A stretch of 64,000 nt of DNA from Eledone cirrhosa (GCA_964016885.1 OZ024748.1:27466001-27530000); one strand, 5' to 3'; positions 1 through 13,598 are shown, counted from the first letter of the stretch. Numbers and translations: made by a program. The notes: generated from the sequence alone by a model not told the origin.

Positions 1-32
1 CAGATGTGATAATGCCATTGATGATGATGATG

Positions 33-70
<38 letters not shown>

Positions 71-504
71 ATTGATATTGATCCTCATCCTCATCCTCCT
101 CATCATCATCATCATCACCATCACCATCATCACCATATCATCATCTTCATCATTATCATCATCATCATTATGACAGTGATGGACGTGGTGGTGGTGGTGG
201 TGGTGGTGGTGGTAATAGTAGTAGTGGCTTGTGTGAAGTTGGTGATTGGGGTGGTGGTGACGTGGCATTGGTGCTGGTGGTGGTTGGTTGTGGTAGAGGT
301 AGTAGTGGTGTTGTGGTAGAGGTAGTAGTGGTGTTGTGGTAGAGGTAGTAGTGTTGTGTGGGAGAGTGAGGGAGGTTCAGGTAGGAACAAGAGGGAGTAG
401 GAGGAGATGGAGTTAAGTGAGACTCCACCCATCCAACGATGGATCTCTAATGCCGGCTTTATATTGGTGAGTTTGGTGCGCAGGCCAGGACGGTTGGGGG
501 GGTA

Positions 505-833
505 GTGGTGGTGGTGGTGGTGGTGGTGGTGGTGGTGGTGGTGGGTGGTGTAGTGGTGGTGGTGGTGGTGGTGGTGGTGGTGGTGGTGGTGGTGGTGGTG
601 GTGGTGGTGGTGGTGGTGGTGGTGGTGGGTGGTGTAGTGGTGGTGGTGGTGGTGGTGGTGGTGGTGGTGGTGGTGGTGGGTGGTGGTGGTGGTGGTGTAG
701 TGGTGGTGGTGGTGGTGGTGGTGTAGTGGTGGTGGTGGTGGCACGAGGAGACAGGGAGGAGAGAGAGAAATTGATGTAGCGGGATGTGGGAAGGAAAAGT
801 TGTTTAACATTAATTATTATTGTGGTTGTGTTG

Positions 834-865
<32 letters not shown>

Positions 866-954
866 GGTGGTGGTGGTGGTGGTGGTGGTGGTGGTGGTGG
901 TGGTGGTGGTAATGGTCGTGGTGGTGGTGGTAATGGTCGTGGTGGTGGTGGTGG

Positions 955-985
<31 letters not shown>

Positions 986-1342
986 GGTGCTGGTGGTGGT
1001 GGTGGTGGTGGTAATGGTCGTGGTGGTGGTGGTGGTGGTGGTGGTAATGGTCGTGGTGGTGGTGGTGGTAATGGTCGTGGTGGTGGTGGTGGTGGGTGGT
1101 GGTGGGTGGTGGTGGTGGGTGGTGGTGGTGGGTGGTGGTGGGTGGTGGTGGGTGGTGGTGGTGGTGGTGGTGGTGGTGGTGGTGGGTGGTGGTGGGTGGT
1201 GGTGGTGGTGGTGGTGGTGGTGGTGGTGGTGGTGGTGGTGGTGGTGGTGGCACGAGGAGACAGGGAGGAGAGAGAGAAATTGATGTAGCGGGATGTGGGA
1301 AGGAAAAGTTGTTTAACATTAATTATTATTGTGGTTGTGTTG

Positions 1343-1374
<32 letters not shown>

Positions 1375-1481
1375 GGTGGTGGTGGTGGTGGTGGTGGTGG
1401 TGGTGGTGGTGGTGGTAATGGTCGTGGTGGTGGTGGTAATGGTCGTGGTGGTGGTGGTAATGGTCGTGGTGGTGGTGGTGG

Positions 1482-1512
<31 letters not shown>

Positions 1513-1940
1513 GGTGCTGGTGGTGGTGGTGGTGGTGGTAATGGTCGTGGTGGTGGTGGTGGTGGTGGTGGTAATGGTCGTGGTGGTGGTGGTGGTAATG
1601 GTCGTGGTGGTGGTGGTGGTGGTAATGGTCGTGGTGGTGGTGTTGGTGGTGGTGGTGGTGGTGGTGGTGGTGGTAATGGTCGTGGTGGTGGTGTTGGTGG
1701 TGGTGGTGGTGGTGGTGGTGGTGGTAATGGTCGTGGTGGTGGTGGTGGTGGTGGTGGTGTTGGTAGTGGTGGTAGTGGAGGTGTAGTGGTGGTGGTGGTG
1801 ATGGTGGTGCAGGTAGTAGTGGTGATGGTGGTGTTGTTGGTGTGGTGATGGTGGTAGTAGTGGTGGTGGTGGTGGTGGTGGTGGTGGTGGTGGTGGTTGT
1901 GTTGTTGGTGGTGGTGACGATTATGCTGGTGGTGGGGGTG
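505..1940. repeat. (GGT)n low-complexity block containing a ~509-bp direct duplication
   Basis: The unique ~95-nt island GCACGAGGAGACAGGGAGG...TTAATTATTATTGTGG occurs at ~741 and ~1250, and both copies are followed by the same GTT/GGT/AATGGTCGT pattern. Confidence 0.9.
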
Positions 1941-2134
1941 GTCTGAGTGATGATGATAATGGTGATATTGGTGGAGCCTGGTGGTAGTGGTGGTAGTGGT
2001 AACAGTTGTAGTAATGGTGGTAGTATTGGTAGTGGTTGGAGTGGTTATTATGGTAGTGGTAGTAGCGATTGCAGTGGCTTTAGCGATGGTAGTGGTAGTG
2101 TTTATAGAGTTAGTGGTGGTATTGGTAGTTACTG

Positions 2135-2640
2135 TAGTGGTTGCGGTTGTAGTGGTAGTGTTAGTTGCTTTAGTAGTTGTAGTAGCGGTTGTAGTGGTAG
2201 TGGTTATTATGTTAGTTACATTAGTAGTTGTAGTAGCGGTTGTAGTGGTAGTGGTTATAATGTTAGTTACATTAGTAGTTGTAGTTGCGGTTGTAGTGGT
2301 AGTGGTTATTATATTAGTTACATTAGTAGTTGTAGTTGCGGTTGTAGTGGTAGTGGTTATTATGTTAGTTACATTAGTAGTTGTAGTAGCGGTTGTAGTG
2401 GTAGTGTTAGTTGCTTTAGTAGTTGTAGTTGCGGTTGTAGTGGTAGTGTTAGTTGCTTTAGTAGTTGTAGTTGCGGTTGTAGTGGTAGTGGTTATTATGT
2501 TAGTTACATTAGTAGTTGTAGTAGCGGTTGTAGTGGTAGTGGTTATTATGTTAGTTACATTAGTAGTTGTAGTAGCGGTTGTAGTGGTAGTGGTTATTAT
2601 ATTAGTTACTTTAGTAGTTGTAGTAGCGGTTGTAGTGGTA
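2135..2640. repeat. Minisatellite with 36/48-bp units (GGTTGTAGTGGTAGT...AGTAGTTGTAGT)
   Basis: Recurring units are visible directly and show up as the periodic SGCSGSGYYVSYISSC ORF. It is followed by (AGT)n/(AGC)n to ~2875. Confidence 0.9.
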
Positions 2641-2653
2641 GAACTTAGAATGA

Positions 2654-2845
<192 letters not shown>

Positions 2846-3947
2846 CAGTAGTAGTAGTAGTAGCAGTAGTAGTAAGCTATGTATGGAACAGAACACCGAG
2901 AAGACCACAAATGAAGGTAGCACTCAATACATGTTTATGTGTAGACTAGATAAAACCATACAGTATAATCCATAGATGTGTATGGGTGTGTGTGTATCTG
3001 TGTGTATGTATGTGTATGTATACGTGTGTGTGTGTGTGTACAGTTTGTTGAATTGCTGCTGCTGGTAAAACTTCGAAGTCACAGACAGCCTCTATTTTAT
3101 AAAAATAAATTACGTGTCTACACAAACAAAGGTTACAAATGTTTCTCCCCCACCACCCCCACACACACTCAATGTCAATGTTACAAGTTTAGTGTCGGTG
3201 GGGTGGGAAAATGAGGAAGAAGGGAAATGGATAATTGTCACTTTACTGCGTCCCTCTCTCTCTCTCACCGTCCCTCTCCCCACTCTCCTCCTTCTCTAGA
3301 CTTCTCCCCCTTTCACCCTCTCCTACCCCCTAAGGGCATCACCAACGTAAGTGAAGTGAATTGGTTTAATCCGGAAATTGAACCCAACACTCCAGGAGGT
3401 CAACCTCTTACACAACGACCCATCTTCTTCTTCGGAGTTCTCTCTCTGATTTTATTTATTTTTTGTTTTATATTTTTATTTTGCATTTATTTTATTATTA
3501 TTATAGTTGTTGTTGTTGTTGTGGTTATTATTTATTTATTTGTATATTTAATTTATATATATTTTATTGTATTACTATTTTTCCTCTGCTTTTTTCCCCT
3601 CTAAATCTTGGTTTGTGGCCAGTCGGACCATTGATTTCTTCAGTGTGTGTATAATTGGTGTTAGAAATATGTCATCCCCGACATTACACAGAAGAAAAAA
3701 CAAATAAATAAATAAATAACTGAAAGAAGAAAAAAAACAGACAAAACAGACAAAACATACAAAAATAATAAAAACACTAACAAAAGAGAATGGTGTTTTC
3801 ATTGACGATATCCGCCATTTTGTAATGTCTTAACTTGGTTTTGGCGTTGTTTTATTGTCGATGTTCGGCGATCTTTTAATCACCACAACAAGTATTTCCC
3901 CTCTACTACTACTACTACTACTACTACTAACTATTTTTCTTATTATC

Positions 3948-4365
3948 AGAATCGTTAGAGCGTCTGACAAATTGTGCGGTATGTGCTACAGCTCTTTACG
4001 TTCTGAGTTCAAATCCCAATGAGATCAACTTTGCCTTTCATTTTTTCGTGGTCGATAAAATAAAACACCAGTAACGCACTAGGGTCGATTTAATCGATTT
4101 AATCGACTTTCACCTCCCACCGAAATTGGGCCTTGTGCCTAAATCAGAAACAATTACTATTATAATAAAAGGACGTTAGATTGGTAGATGCGACATTTGT
4201 CACAACACTTTACATTCTGAGTTCAAATCTGGCCGGGTCAGGGTTTTTTTCATGTTTCTTAGGGTCGATAAAATAAAGGACCAGTCAAGTACTGGAGTGT
4301 CGATAGTGAATTTTCCTCTCTCCCCATTATTGCTGGCTTTGTGCCTAATGTAGAAACTATTATTT
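3948..4365 (+). mobile_element. Two tandem tRNA-derived SINE copies (Meta/Sauria-like central domain)
   Basis: B-box-like TGAGTTCAAATC, then GCCTTTCA..GGTCGATAAAATAAA..CCAGT and a GGCCTTGTGCCTAA..GAAACAATTA tail. The same family recurs across the window. Confidence 0.8.
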
Positions 4366-4721
4366 TTATTAGTCCCTTCATATTCGGGTACTTTTCCTAG
4401 TTGATATTTAGTATTGTTTTTTATACTGTTATTGTTACGATTAATAACCACCATGTTTTAAATAATAAATAAGAAATAGAGAAATCTTTATTACTGTTTA
4501 TTACAATTAATGCTATTGTTATATCTAATGCTTTCCTATTATTGGTGTCCCTTTCCCTAGTACCATTAGAAATATGCAGGCCAAATACTTAACTCTACAG
4601 TTTACATTCAACACCTATCTTAATGTTGTTGTTTAGCTCCCGGTTAACGGTGACACAGCAAGACCATGATCAGCGACATTCTAGCCGTAACTATTCCGTG
4701 TATTTAGATTTAGACATAATA

Positions 4722-4872
4722 CTTAGCCGAATCGTTAGAATGTTGGATAGGATGCTTTGCAGTATTCGTTCCGACTCTATGCTCTCTAACTTCAAATCTC
4801 GCCGAGGTCAACTTGACCTTTCATCTATTTAAGGTCGATAAAAACGTACTAGTCTAGTACTGGGATCGATTC
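4722..4872 (+). mobile_element. SINE, same family, 3'-truncated
   Basis: GAATCGTTAGAA...TTCAAATCTCGCCGAGGTCAACTTGACCTTTCATC..GGTCGATAAAA. Confidence 0.7.
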
Positions 4873-5396
4873 TGCTTCCATATCTCTTCGCACTTCCTTT
4901 CTTCCACTTTCTAAACTTCTCTGAAAGAAATCTGCTGTATTCTTACATGGAGAGGAGATCGGCTCCGCCACGTTTAAAAATGCCTTAGAAACGCTATATG
5001 TCAATATGGCACCTTTGCGACTCGTTCATGAGATAGGGACAACACATACATACATTGTTACTTAGATTGTCATACATTATTCAGTGTAACCTTCCCTTTT
5101 TTAAGACGATTAATGTTGTGAATAGATGGAGATTTGGCTATAATTTTTCGGAAGACAATCAACTATGAAATGATTCACTCTCCTTTTCCGCCCTCTCATT
5201 TTTTCACTCAGCTCCCCCCCCCCCCTCTCTCTCTCTCATTGGCAATTCATCAAATTGAGAAGAGGGGTAGCTTAAAAATGTGGTTTTTAAGGATATAGAA
5301 ACCATTCTATATTAAATAAATGAATATATATATATTAATTCTATTATTAATTCTGGCAATATTAGTACAACAATATGACCCTCCCCAAGTATAACA

Positions 5397-5475
<79 letters not shown>

Positions 5476-5481
5476 TATATA

Positions 5482-5662
5482 CGTAGGTCCCGGGTTGAGT
5501 CGGGGATAACCACAGTAAGTAAGGTACTCAATACATGGCAGAGTAAATTTTTTTTTTATTTTATAGAAGGAGCTTCTACAGGACTAGTACTGTTTCATTC
5601 AGATGAAATCTTCAGATTTCATCTGAATGAAACAGTACTAGTCCTGTAGAAGCTCCTTCTAT

Positions 5663-5668
<6 letters not shown>
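5482..5668 (-). mobile_element. Fold-back mini-element family A (Penelope-like pLTR remnant) with a hammerhead core, between (TA)n tracts
   Basis: Perfect 55-bp inverted arms at 5557-5611 and 5614-5668. The minus strand reads CTGAAGA-TTTC-ATCT-GAAT-GAAAC-AGTACTA-GTC. Homologous to 21862-22033 and 30912-31091. Confidence 0.75.
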
Positions 5669-5699
<31 letters not shown>

Positions 5700-5702
<3 letters not shown>

Positions 5703-5916
5703 TAAAATTAGTCCTTCATCAGTGATCTTCCAGCCTTCCTTGGTATTTCATCGCTTTAAAGACCATATACCTCTGGTTGGTGCGAGCAACGGCTAAAGAA
5801 AGTCGTTGGGACACGTAAATAGGGGGAACGAGCGAGACATGTAAACAAACAAAGATGGTAATGCAACGAAAATTGAGGAAGAAGGAGTCAAGTCCCTGAA
5901 ATCGATGAACATTTTC

Positions 5917-5918
<2 letters not shown>
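5700..5918 (-). mobile_element. Possible Penelope-like fragment between (TA)n tracts with a truncated hammerhead start
   Basis: The minus strand reads CTGATGA-AGGAC and then runs into (TA)n. The GAAA half is absent. Confidence 0.35.
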
Positions 5919-5980
<62 letters not shown>

Positions 5981-5981
<1 letters not shown>

Positions 5982-6012
5982 CTAGCTGAGCTACCCGGTG
6001 ATTCCTGGGTAT
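5981..6012 (-). mobile_element. Helitron-type 3' terminus
   Basis: The minus strand reads CCCAGG-AATCA-CCGGG (GC hairpin), then ~8 nt, then CTAG|T, which is the canonical Helitron 3' end layout. Confidence 0.55.
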
Positions 6013-7044
6013 TTTATTAAAATAACAATATATTTGGCACATATTACAAAATATTTGACCAATGAAATATGATTGCTGAATTTTAACTAAAGTAGGAATT
6101 ATACCCGAATATTTATTGCCGTCTGTTCAAAGCAAATTATGTAGATAAAAATATTATTAGTTTTTTTCCACTTGCGAGTTTTTGAATACTGCTCCCTATT
6201 ATAGTCAGCATATATATAATGCTTCACACCTGGAAGAATCATTAGGTATGTTGCCAGTGAAAAGGGCATGACCAAAAAATTACATTTAGATTTGCTTATT
6301 AATTTTTTTTTTTTTTGCACAATCAGAACCTCTGGAATTCAAACAACATGTAAAGGCTATCTTGAAAACCATAAATAAAATTTAAAAAAAAAATTAGCAT
6401 TGGTTTATGAATGAATGAAGCATTTACTTACTCATTTCTGTAATTCAGGAAAATTTATCTAAATGTGTGTAAGTGCGGTAGATAAACATATACACCAGGA
6501 ACCAAACTCCCACTGTCACTGCTTCCATCTCTTCGGATCTCCCCATCACTCACTATCATGAGTAAATGAAGGACCACGCAAGCCATTCGGGATTGCGAGT
6601 CTCACCCCTCGGATAGCCAACAATGTGCTGATGGTGGTGAGTTGGGAGGTGGTCCTAGGGCCAAAGTGCGGCAGAGCCCAGGTTAATTAAAATTTTTACA
6701 CTGTAGCTTTCACCAACTTTTGCCTCTATGGCAGTAGGATCTTGTTTGAGAGAGATTTATTTTCTATTTCTTTTAGGTACACCAACAGTTATAGTGGCTT
6801 CCACGGCGTACATACATACGACATACACACACTGTGTGTGTGTGTGTAAGACTGTTGGTTGTGATTTGAAATGGATTTTGCTAATGTTTCTAGTAGATCG
6901 AGGTGTCATATACAACCTTTCCTTTGGCTTCATACATATATACATACATGAGACAGTAGACTGAGATTTTAAAGAAATGTGACTGCTAGTTCTAACAGGT
7001 CTAGCTAGCTACCATAACAAGATCTCACTTATAATACTTTATAT

Positions 7045-7690
7045 AACAAGGGTGCCCAGGAATGTCCGAATATTCTTCCAAAGTAACACTATGCAGTAAA
7101 GTTGCAACTTCAGAATTCCTTACAAACTATATGACTAAGGAATTAGTATCTATTGTCATTGAATAAGGAATTACGATATTGCTCATTCCAAAGCCTCTGG
7201 ATAAACAAGATTCTTGGTTTTTTCCCCGTGGTGCTACAATGAAGAGACAATCAGGGTTTCCAACCCTTGTTGTACCAACATAGAGCTGACCATGTGAAAA
7301 GACAGGATCTGTCAGGTTCAACACAACGACTTTCAATGATTGCCCTTGAGATTTATTGATGGTCATGGCAAAACTGAGTCTGATAGGAAATTAAAGCCTT
7401 TGCAATTCCCTTGTTGGACTGTTGGACAGGGTTGGTGGATATCAAATCCAAAGATCCGCTTGATAACTTCATTACTGCAGATGTATCGACCTGTCTGATA
7501 CTGTTTGACCTCAATCAGACAACCATCATTTAGTTCCTTGTCAGTAAGGAAGGTAGATATGTCACTAGTGTTGTTGATATATTTTCTGACATATAGTATT
7601 GCTTTGGCAATACTGCAATACTCAACATTGATATGAGCTTTTAGAAGTTTACACAACATTTTGTTTTATGGGACTACGCATTGTTTAAGT
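7045..7690 (-). pseudogene. Helitron RepHel remnant: Rep (HUH/Y2) end fused by internal deletion to the PIF1-like helicase C-terminus
   Basis: KAHINVEYCS..KAILYVRKYIN and YQTGRYICSNE match the Helitron Rep region. MTINKSQGQSLKVVVLNLTDPVFSHGQLYV..RV matches PIF1 helicase motifs V/VI. Confidence 0.9.
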
Positions 7691-8245
7691 CAAATAACAT
7701 TGGTAAAAAATAATGCACAAATTTATCCGATAATATGATTTTTCGAGGTATATTTGGGGAGGGCCATGTTGTCCTAATATTGCCTAAACAATAATTTAAC
7801 TGTCAATCAATGTTTATCACTGATTGACCAACCGCTAAACTTATAAATATAAATATAATATCTCAAACTTCTTTCGTCACACATTTTTTCTGTGACATTT
7901 TCAGTGCTTTCTTCCCGTTGTGTTTCTATAACGTTTTTTTTGTTTTTGGTTACCAGTTAAGTTATTTATAAAAATATATAGATATACTGAACTGAAGTAA
8001 AAGCCAAACCAAACAGTGAGTGTGTTTTATTATTATTTTGGACAGCATGACCCTCCCCAAATATAACAATATCTGTTTCAACACATGATTTCATATCAAA
8101 ACCCTTGCAAAGCAAATTCATGGGTTATCCCAGTGTTTGTTTCTAATACATATATAGTGCACTTGAGCACTGTACACAATAATTTCATTATTATTTTATC
8201 GTTCACTTTAGAGAGAGGAAAAGTTGATGAACGTTCTTAGGTTAG

Positions 8246-8352
<107 letters not shown>

Positions 8353-8685
8353 CGTTCTTCAACTTTTCCTCTTTCTAAAGTTAACGATATATATATTACA
8401 AACAAACATATATATATATATGTACCGTGATACACACATATCTCTAATTTAAGAACGCAGACACACATACACGTGTGCATACATACACACGCACGCGTGC
8501 ACAGATACGTACGCCTTTTGTGAAAAAGAGAGAGAAAGAGAAGTAATGTTAAGGAAGGGGGAGAGTTAAGAAGTCTGTAAAGAATAAATAAATAAAAGTT
8601 ATCAAACGCTGGTATCATTTTTTGCTTTCTTTCTCTCCCCCAATCCCCCTCACTCTCTTTCTTCCTTTCTCATAACTCTCTCATC

Positions 8686-8777
<92 letters not shown>

Positions 8778-9913
8778 TCCCTCTCTGGCATTCTCTCTTT
8801 CTCTTTCTCTCACTCTCTTTGATAGCCTCTCTCTCTCTCATCCCCTCACTTTCTCTCTCACCCCATACCCTCTCTCTCTCTCTTTCTCCTCCGCTCTTTC
8901 TTTCTCTCGCTCTCAAACGCCCCCCCCCCCCCCCTCTCTCTCTTTATCTACAGAATGGAGAACAAAAAAACAAAATGGATGATTTCTTTCGATATTCATT
9001 AGAAAATAAGATAAATTGAATTTAAATGAATTCCTTGCTTTGCAAAGTAAAAATATTTTTACTATTACCTGTCCAAGTGTCTAGTGGATATATCTAAACT
9101 ATAATAAAGTAAGGAGTGCGGGACTGCGTCCAGAATATATTTTTTTATCCCGTTTGTAAAGTAAGCTGGATTAAACAAAATGAATAAACAATGCATGAAT
9201 ATTACATAATTTATCTACTAAATTTCGTTATTATTGATTAAATATAAATAATTTTGTTAGTTATTTTAAGATTCACTTCTTGAAAGTTTTCAAATGTCAA
9301 CACTTCCGGTTAGCGATCGCTTAAATAAACATTCATATATTTCCGTCACTAATTTTCTCTTAATGCAGTTTATATATAATATCGTCTTTTTTTAATGTAT
9401 CATGGATTACGTTACTGATTACATAAGACAGTGTAACACAGTCTTCGTTCAATTTCTGTGTATATTGTCAATTACGATTTTATTTGATGTATCATATCGA
9501 CATGCATATACTTGCATCATATCTACATGCATATACTTGCGTATATATGCTGGCAGAAAACCACCCGTAGGGAGGTTTTTCTGCTAGTATATGTAATTTT
9601 GAGGGGGTTGGTTCGCTAGTTTGCTAGTCTTAGGCGGACACGCAGAATCGTAAACATGCATTTATATATTTATATATAGATAGATATTATTCCAAATAAT
9701 ATACTCAGTTATAGCCGAACTCACACCATCGAGTTCTATACTATACCAAGCATGACAAAAACCAAAGCAAAATAACATTATACCTAAATACCTGTGTGAT
9801 GATGAGACATCAAATAATTATTACACAACGACTTTGATGTCGTCAAAATATGCATAACAGGTTAACGTAATAAACTGAAGAAATATACGTGATACCGTGG
9901 CTCTTCATTTTTT

Positions 9914-9999
<86 letters not shown>

Positions 10000-10308
10000 T
10001 ATATTTGGAAGAAACAGGGGGCTGTGTGGTTACTTGATAAAGTGTATTTAAAAATAAAAGAAAAGCACAAACGGGGGAGGAACAATCCCTTCTTCAGTTG
10101 TCTGCTGGAGATCATGGACATTTCGACGCATTAAAGACAATATGTCTAACTCCAGTGCGTCAATAACTTCGGAGAAGTCGCTGTTGCTTAGTGCTGAATT
10201 ATAGTAGCGTGCTGCCTACTGTAGTAAAAGTTTGGTAAAAATATCCAAGGAGAAGAGCACTCAGTCCATAGGACGAATTAAGTATAATTAGTTACCACAG
10301 TGACATAT

Positions 10309-10357
10309 ACAGGTACTTAAGTTTCGTTGGGTTATACACCCAAATCAATCAGCCTGT
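10309..10357 (-). ncRNA. Minimal type I hammerhead ribozyme (CUGAUUGA core variant)
   Basis: Minus strand: ACAGG-CTGATTGA-TTTGGG-TGTATAA-CCCAAC-GAAAC-TTAA-GTA-CCTGT. Confidence 0.75.
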
Positions 10358-10448
10358 TATAAAAAGAAAGATGGCGTTTGAACAGCTCTCGGATATTCTT
10401 CCCAAAAGAAATTACATTCAACCGCTAGAGGCCATCTTTCTTTTTATA

Positions 10449-10498
10449 ACAGGCTGAATGAGTTGGGGTGTATATCCCAACGAAACTTAAGTATCTGT
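10449..10498 (+). ncRNA. Minimal type I hammerhead ribozyme (CUGAAUGA core variant)
   Basis: Stem I ACAGG/TCTGT; core CTGAATGA; stem II GTTGGG/CCCAAC; GAAA; palindromic stem III ACTTAAGT; GUA cleavage triplet. Confidence 0.8.
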
Positions 10499-10544
10499 AT
10501 ATGTCATTGTTGTAACTAATTATATATACATATATATATATATG

Positions 10545-10702
<158 letters not shown>

Positions 10703-11339
10703 TATATAGGTGAGTGTACAAATAAATGAGTACTTGTGCTTGTTTGCTATCTGCATGCACGTGTATATGTGTATGTGTGTAGATATAGATATAGATATAG
10801 CTATAATATATATAGATAGATAGATTTCTCTGCGCTCATAAAAGATCTTTATTATCGCCAGGGTATATCACTTTCTACACACCTATTTGAAGTCATCTTG
10901 CCAACCTTTGTATTCTTTTCTCGTTCCATTTCCCAACTTCATCTTCACCTCGTTTTCTGCTTCTATCCGACAGAATCCACACACTTCTTGGTGTTTTATT
11001 TATTTATTTTTGTTTTATTTTTACAAGCAGACGATCGGTCTGGCCTCCGCCATTCAACGACGCCTAGCGGCCGGTTACAGAAACCCCTCTCTATGTCTTG
11101 TAACGGCTTGGTTATTGGCTTGTTGGTTGGCTGACGTTCTGGTGGGCCCCTTAGGGACGATGAGAGGAAAGAAGAGAAATCGGGAGAGTTGAAGGAGGAA
11201 TTAGGAAGGTAGGGAAGGGATCTTTGAACAGTCAAACAGTGCCTGCTTTTTGTCTGTCTGTAAGTTTGAAGGATTGCCACCTTTAATAGATTCAGACAGA
11301 TGAAGTCATTTGAAAACAAACAGGTTTGGAAGAAAGAAA

Positions 11340-12400
11340 ATGAAAGACAACAACAACAATAATACCAACAAGAAAAAATAACAATAACAACAGCAATAAT
11401 AACAACAATACAAACAATAACTATAACAATTTAAACAACAGCAATAATAACATCAACAAAGACAAATGACAGTGGTAGTGGTGGTGGTGGTGGTGGTGGT
11501 GGTGGTGGTGGTGGTAATGTTCTTTATTGGTAGTGGTAGTGTTGGGTGTATTGGTGTTGGTGGTGGTGTTGGTGGTGGTGATGGTGGTGTTGGTGGTGGT
11601 GTTGGTGGTTGTGGTGGTGGTGATGGGTTTATTGGTAGCGGTGGTAGTGTTGGTGGTGGGTGCATTGGCGATGTTGGTGGTGATTTTGGTGTTGGTGGTG
11701 GTTTTGGTGATTGTGGTGGTGGTGGGTTTATTGGTTATGTTGGTTGTTGTGGTGTTTGTGGTGGTGCTGGTGCTGGTGGTGATGGATTTATCGGTAGTTT
11801 GGTTGTTGTGGTGTTGGTGTTGGTAGTAGTGGTGGTCGTATTGGTGGTGGCGGCGGTGTTAATGGTGATAATTAAGGTGGGGGTGATGGAAGATGTTGAG
11901 GAGAATAATGGCGGTATTGCGTTTAAAAGAATTGAGTAGTCCCAAGTTGGAGAATGGTTCATTCTGGTGGTTGTGTATGAGGTCATTGTGGTGGCGGTGG
12001 TGATGATGGTGGTGGTGATGGTGGTGGTTGTGATAGTGGTGGTGGTGGTGGTGGTGGTGGTGGTGGTGGTGGTGGTGGTGGTGGTGGTGGTGGTGGTGGT
12101 AGTAGTGGTGGTGGTGATGGTGATGGTGGTGGTGGTGGTGGTAGTGGTGATGGTGATGGTGGTGGTGGTAGTAGTGGTGATGTTGATAGTGGTGATAGTG
12201 TTGGTGGTGGTGATGGTGACGATCGTGGTGGTAGTGATGGAGGTGGTGGTGATGGTGGTCATGGTGATGATAATAGTTGTGGTGGTGGTGGTGGTGGTGG
12301 TGGTGGTGATGGTGGTGATAGTAGTAGTGCTGATGGTGTTGGTGATGGTGGTGGTGGCGGTGGCGGTGGATGATGGATGTGATGGTGATGACGAGATCTG
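11340..12400. repeat. (AAC)n and (GGT/GAT)n low-complexity block
   Basis: Degenerate trinucleotide repeats. Confidence 0.9.
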
Positions 12401-12708
12401 TAATAATCATCAGATAGAAATGTCTTGCAGTACTTGTTCCGATCCTCTGTCTTCCTAGATCAAATCCCACCCAGGGCAGCGTCACATTGCATTCTACTAA
12501 TTAGATAAATACAGTACCAGTCAAGTACTGGATTGATTCCTCTGCCTGTCTCTCCCTCCTTCAGCCCCCCCCCCCCCCCCCCCTCCTCTCTCTTTCTCTA
12601 TTAACCACTAAGCCCACGCCTTCACACACACACACACACACATATATAATATATATATATGTGCATACATACATGTATATATATGTGTGCGTGTGAGTGT
12701 GGGGGTGA

Positions 12709-12787
<79 letters not shown>

Positions 12788-12949
12788 CAGGGTATCCGTA
12801 GATAAAAGGCCAAGGAAAACAAGGCTCAATCTATTGCAATCATAAGTTTGTCCTGGCGCCTGATGAGGAGAGGCCAGTTTTGAAATGGATCTTCCACTAT
12901 ACAATGGTGGCCATAACTGGACACCTGGACCTAGGCCCACATATACATG

Positions 12950-13250
12950 TTGACTTGGTGATTAGTGTGTTCGGCTCATGATCTGAAAGACGTGAGTTCG
13001 GTTCCCAGCAACGCATTGCGTCCTTGAGCAAGACATTTTATTTCACGTTGTTCCAGTCTTCTCAGTTGTATTTGTAATTGAAAGGGTCAGCCTTGTCACA
13101 CAATGTGTAATGTTGAATCTATCAGAGAACCACATTTAAGATGTCTGAGTAGTGTTCGGCCACTTACACGTTAATTTTATGAGTAGGCTGTTCCGTTTTC
13201 TCGAACATCACTCGTCGTCGGAACAGAAGTACAACAACAACAAAACAACA
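12950..13250 (+). mobile_element. tRNA-derived SINE, second family (CORE-like, octopus OR-type), ending in (CAA)n
   Basis: tRNA-like head (TGGTGATTAGTG...GAGTTCGGTTCCC), GTCCTTGAGCAAGACATTTTATTTCAC central segment and a CAA tail. Inverted homologues lie at ~45.3-45.6, ~48.0-48.2 and ~50.6-50.9 kb. Confidence 0.7.
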
Positions 13251-13273
13251 ACATCCCCACACACACACACATA

Positions 13274-13595
13274 CATGGCTTAATGGTTTGAGCGTTGGGC
13301 TTGCAATCGTGAGATTGCGCGTTCATTTCTCAGACCGGGTGATGCGTTTTGTCCTTGAACAAGATACATTTTTTGCCTCAGTTTACTCAGCTGTAGAACT
13401 GAGTTGCGATGTCACTGGAGCCAAGCTCTACAGCCATTGCCTCTTTCTTTGACAACATCGATGGTGTAGAGAGGGAAGTTTGGTATACATGGGCGACTAC
13501 TGGTCTTCCACAAATAACCTTGCCCGGACTTGTGCCTCGGAAAAAACTTTCTAGATGCAAATCCCATCGTCATTCATGACCGAAGGGGGTCTTTG

Positions 13596-13598
<3 letters not shown>
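13274..13598 (+). mobile_element. tRNA-derived SINE with the same central segment and a different 3' tail
   Basis: ATGGCTTAATGGTTTGAGCG A-box-like head and GTCCTTGAACAAGATAC core. Confidence 0.65.

Larger units (their letters stand above)
10005..10524. mobile_element. Fold-back mini-element family B with two oppositely oriented complete hammerhead motifs
   Basis: Imperfect ~93-bp inverted arms at 10283-10375 and 10431-10524. The region is flanked by (TA)n on both sides. Confidence 0.75.

Noticed and set aside
380-475. Possible exon ending in a GTGAGT donor
   Set aside because: There is no pyrimidine-rich acceptor, stops occur in all three frames across the island, and no recognisable protein results.
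12855-12900. CTGATGA-GGAGA..TTTT-GAAA as a hammerhead
   Set aside because: Stem II is mostly G-U pairs, and no convincing stem III or stem I could be built.
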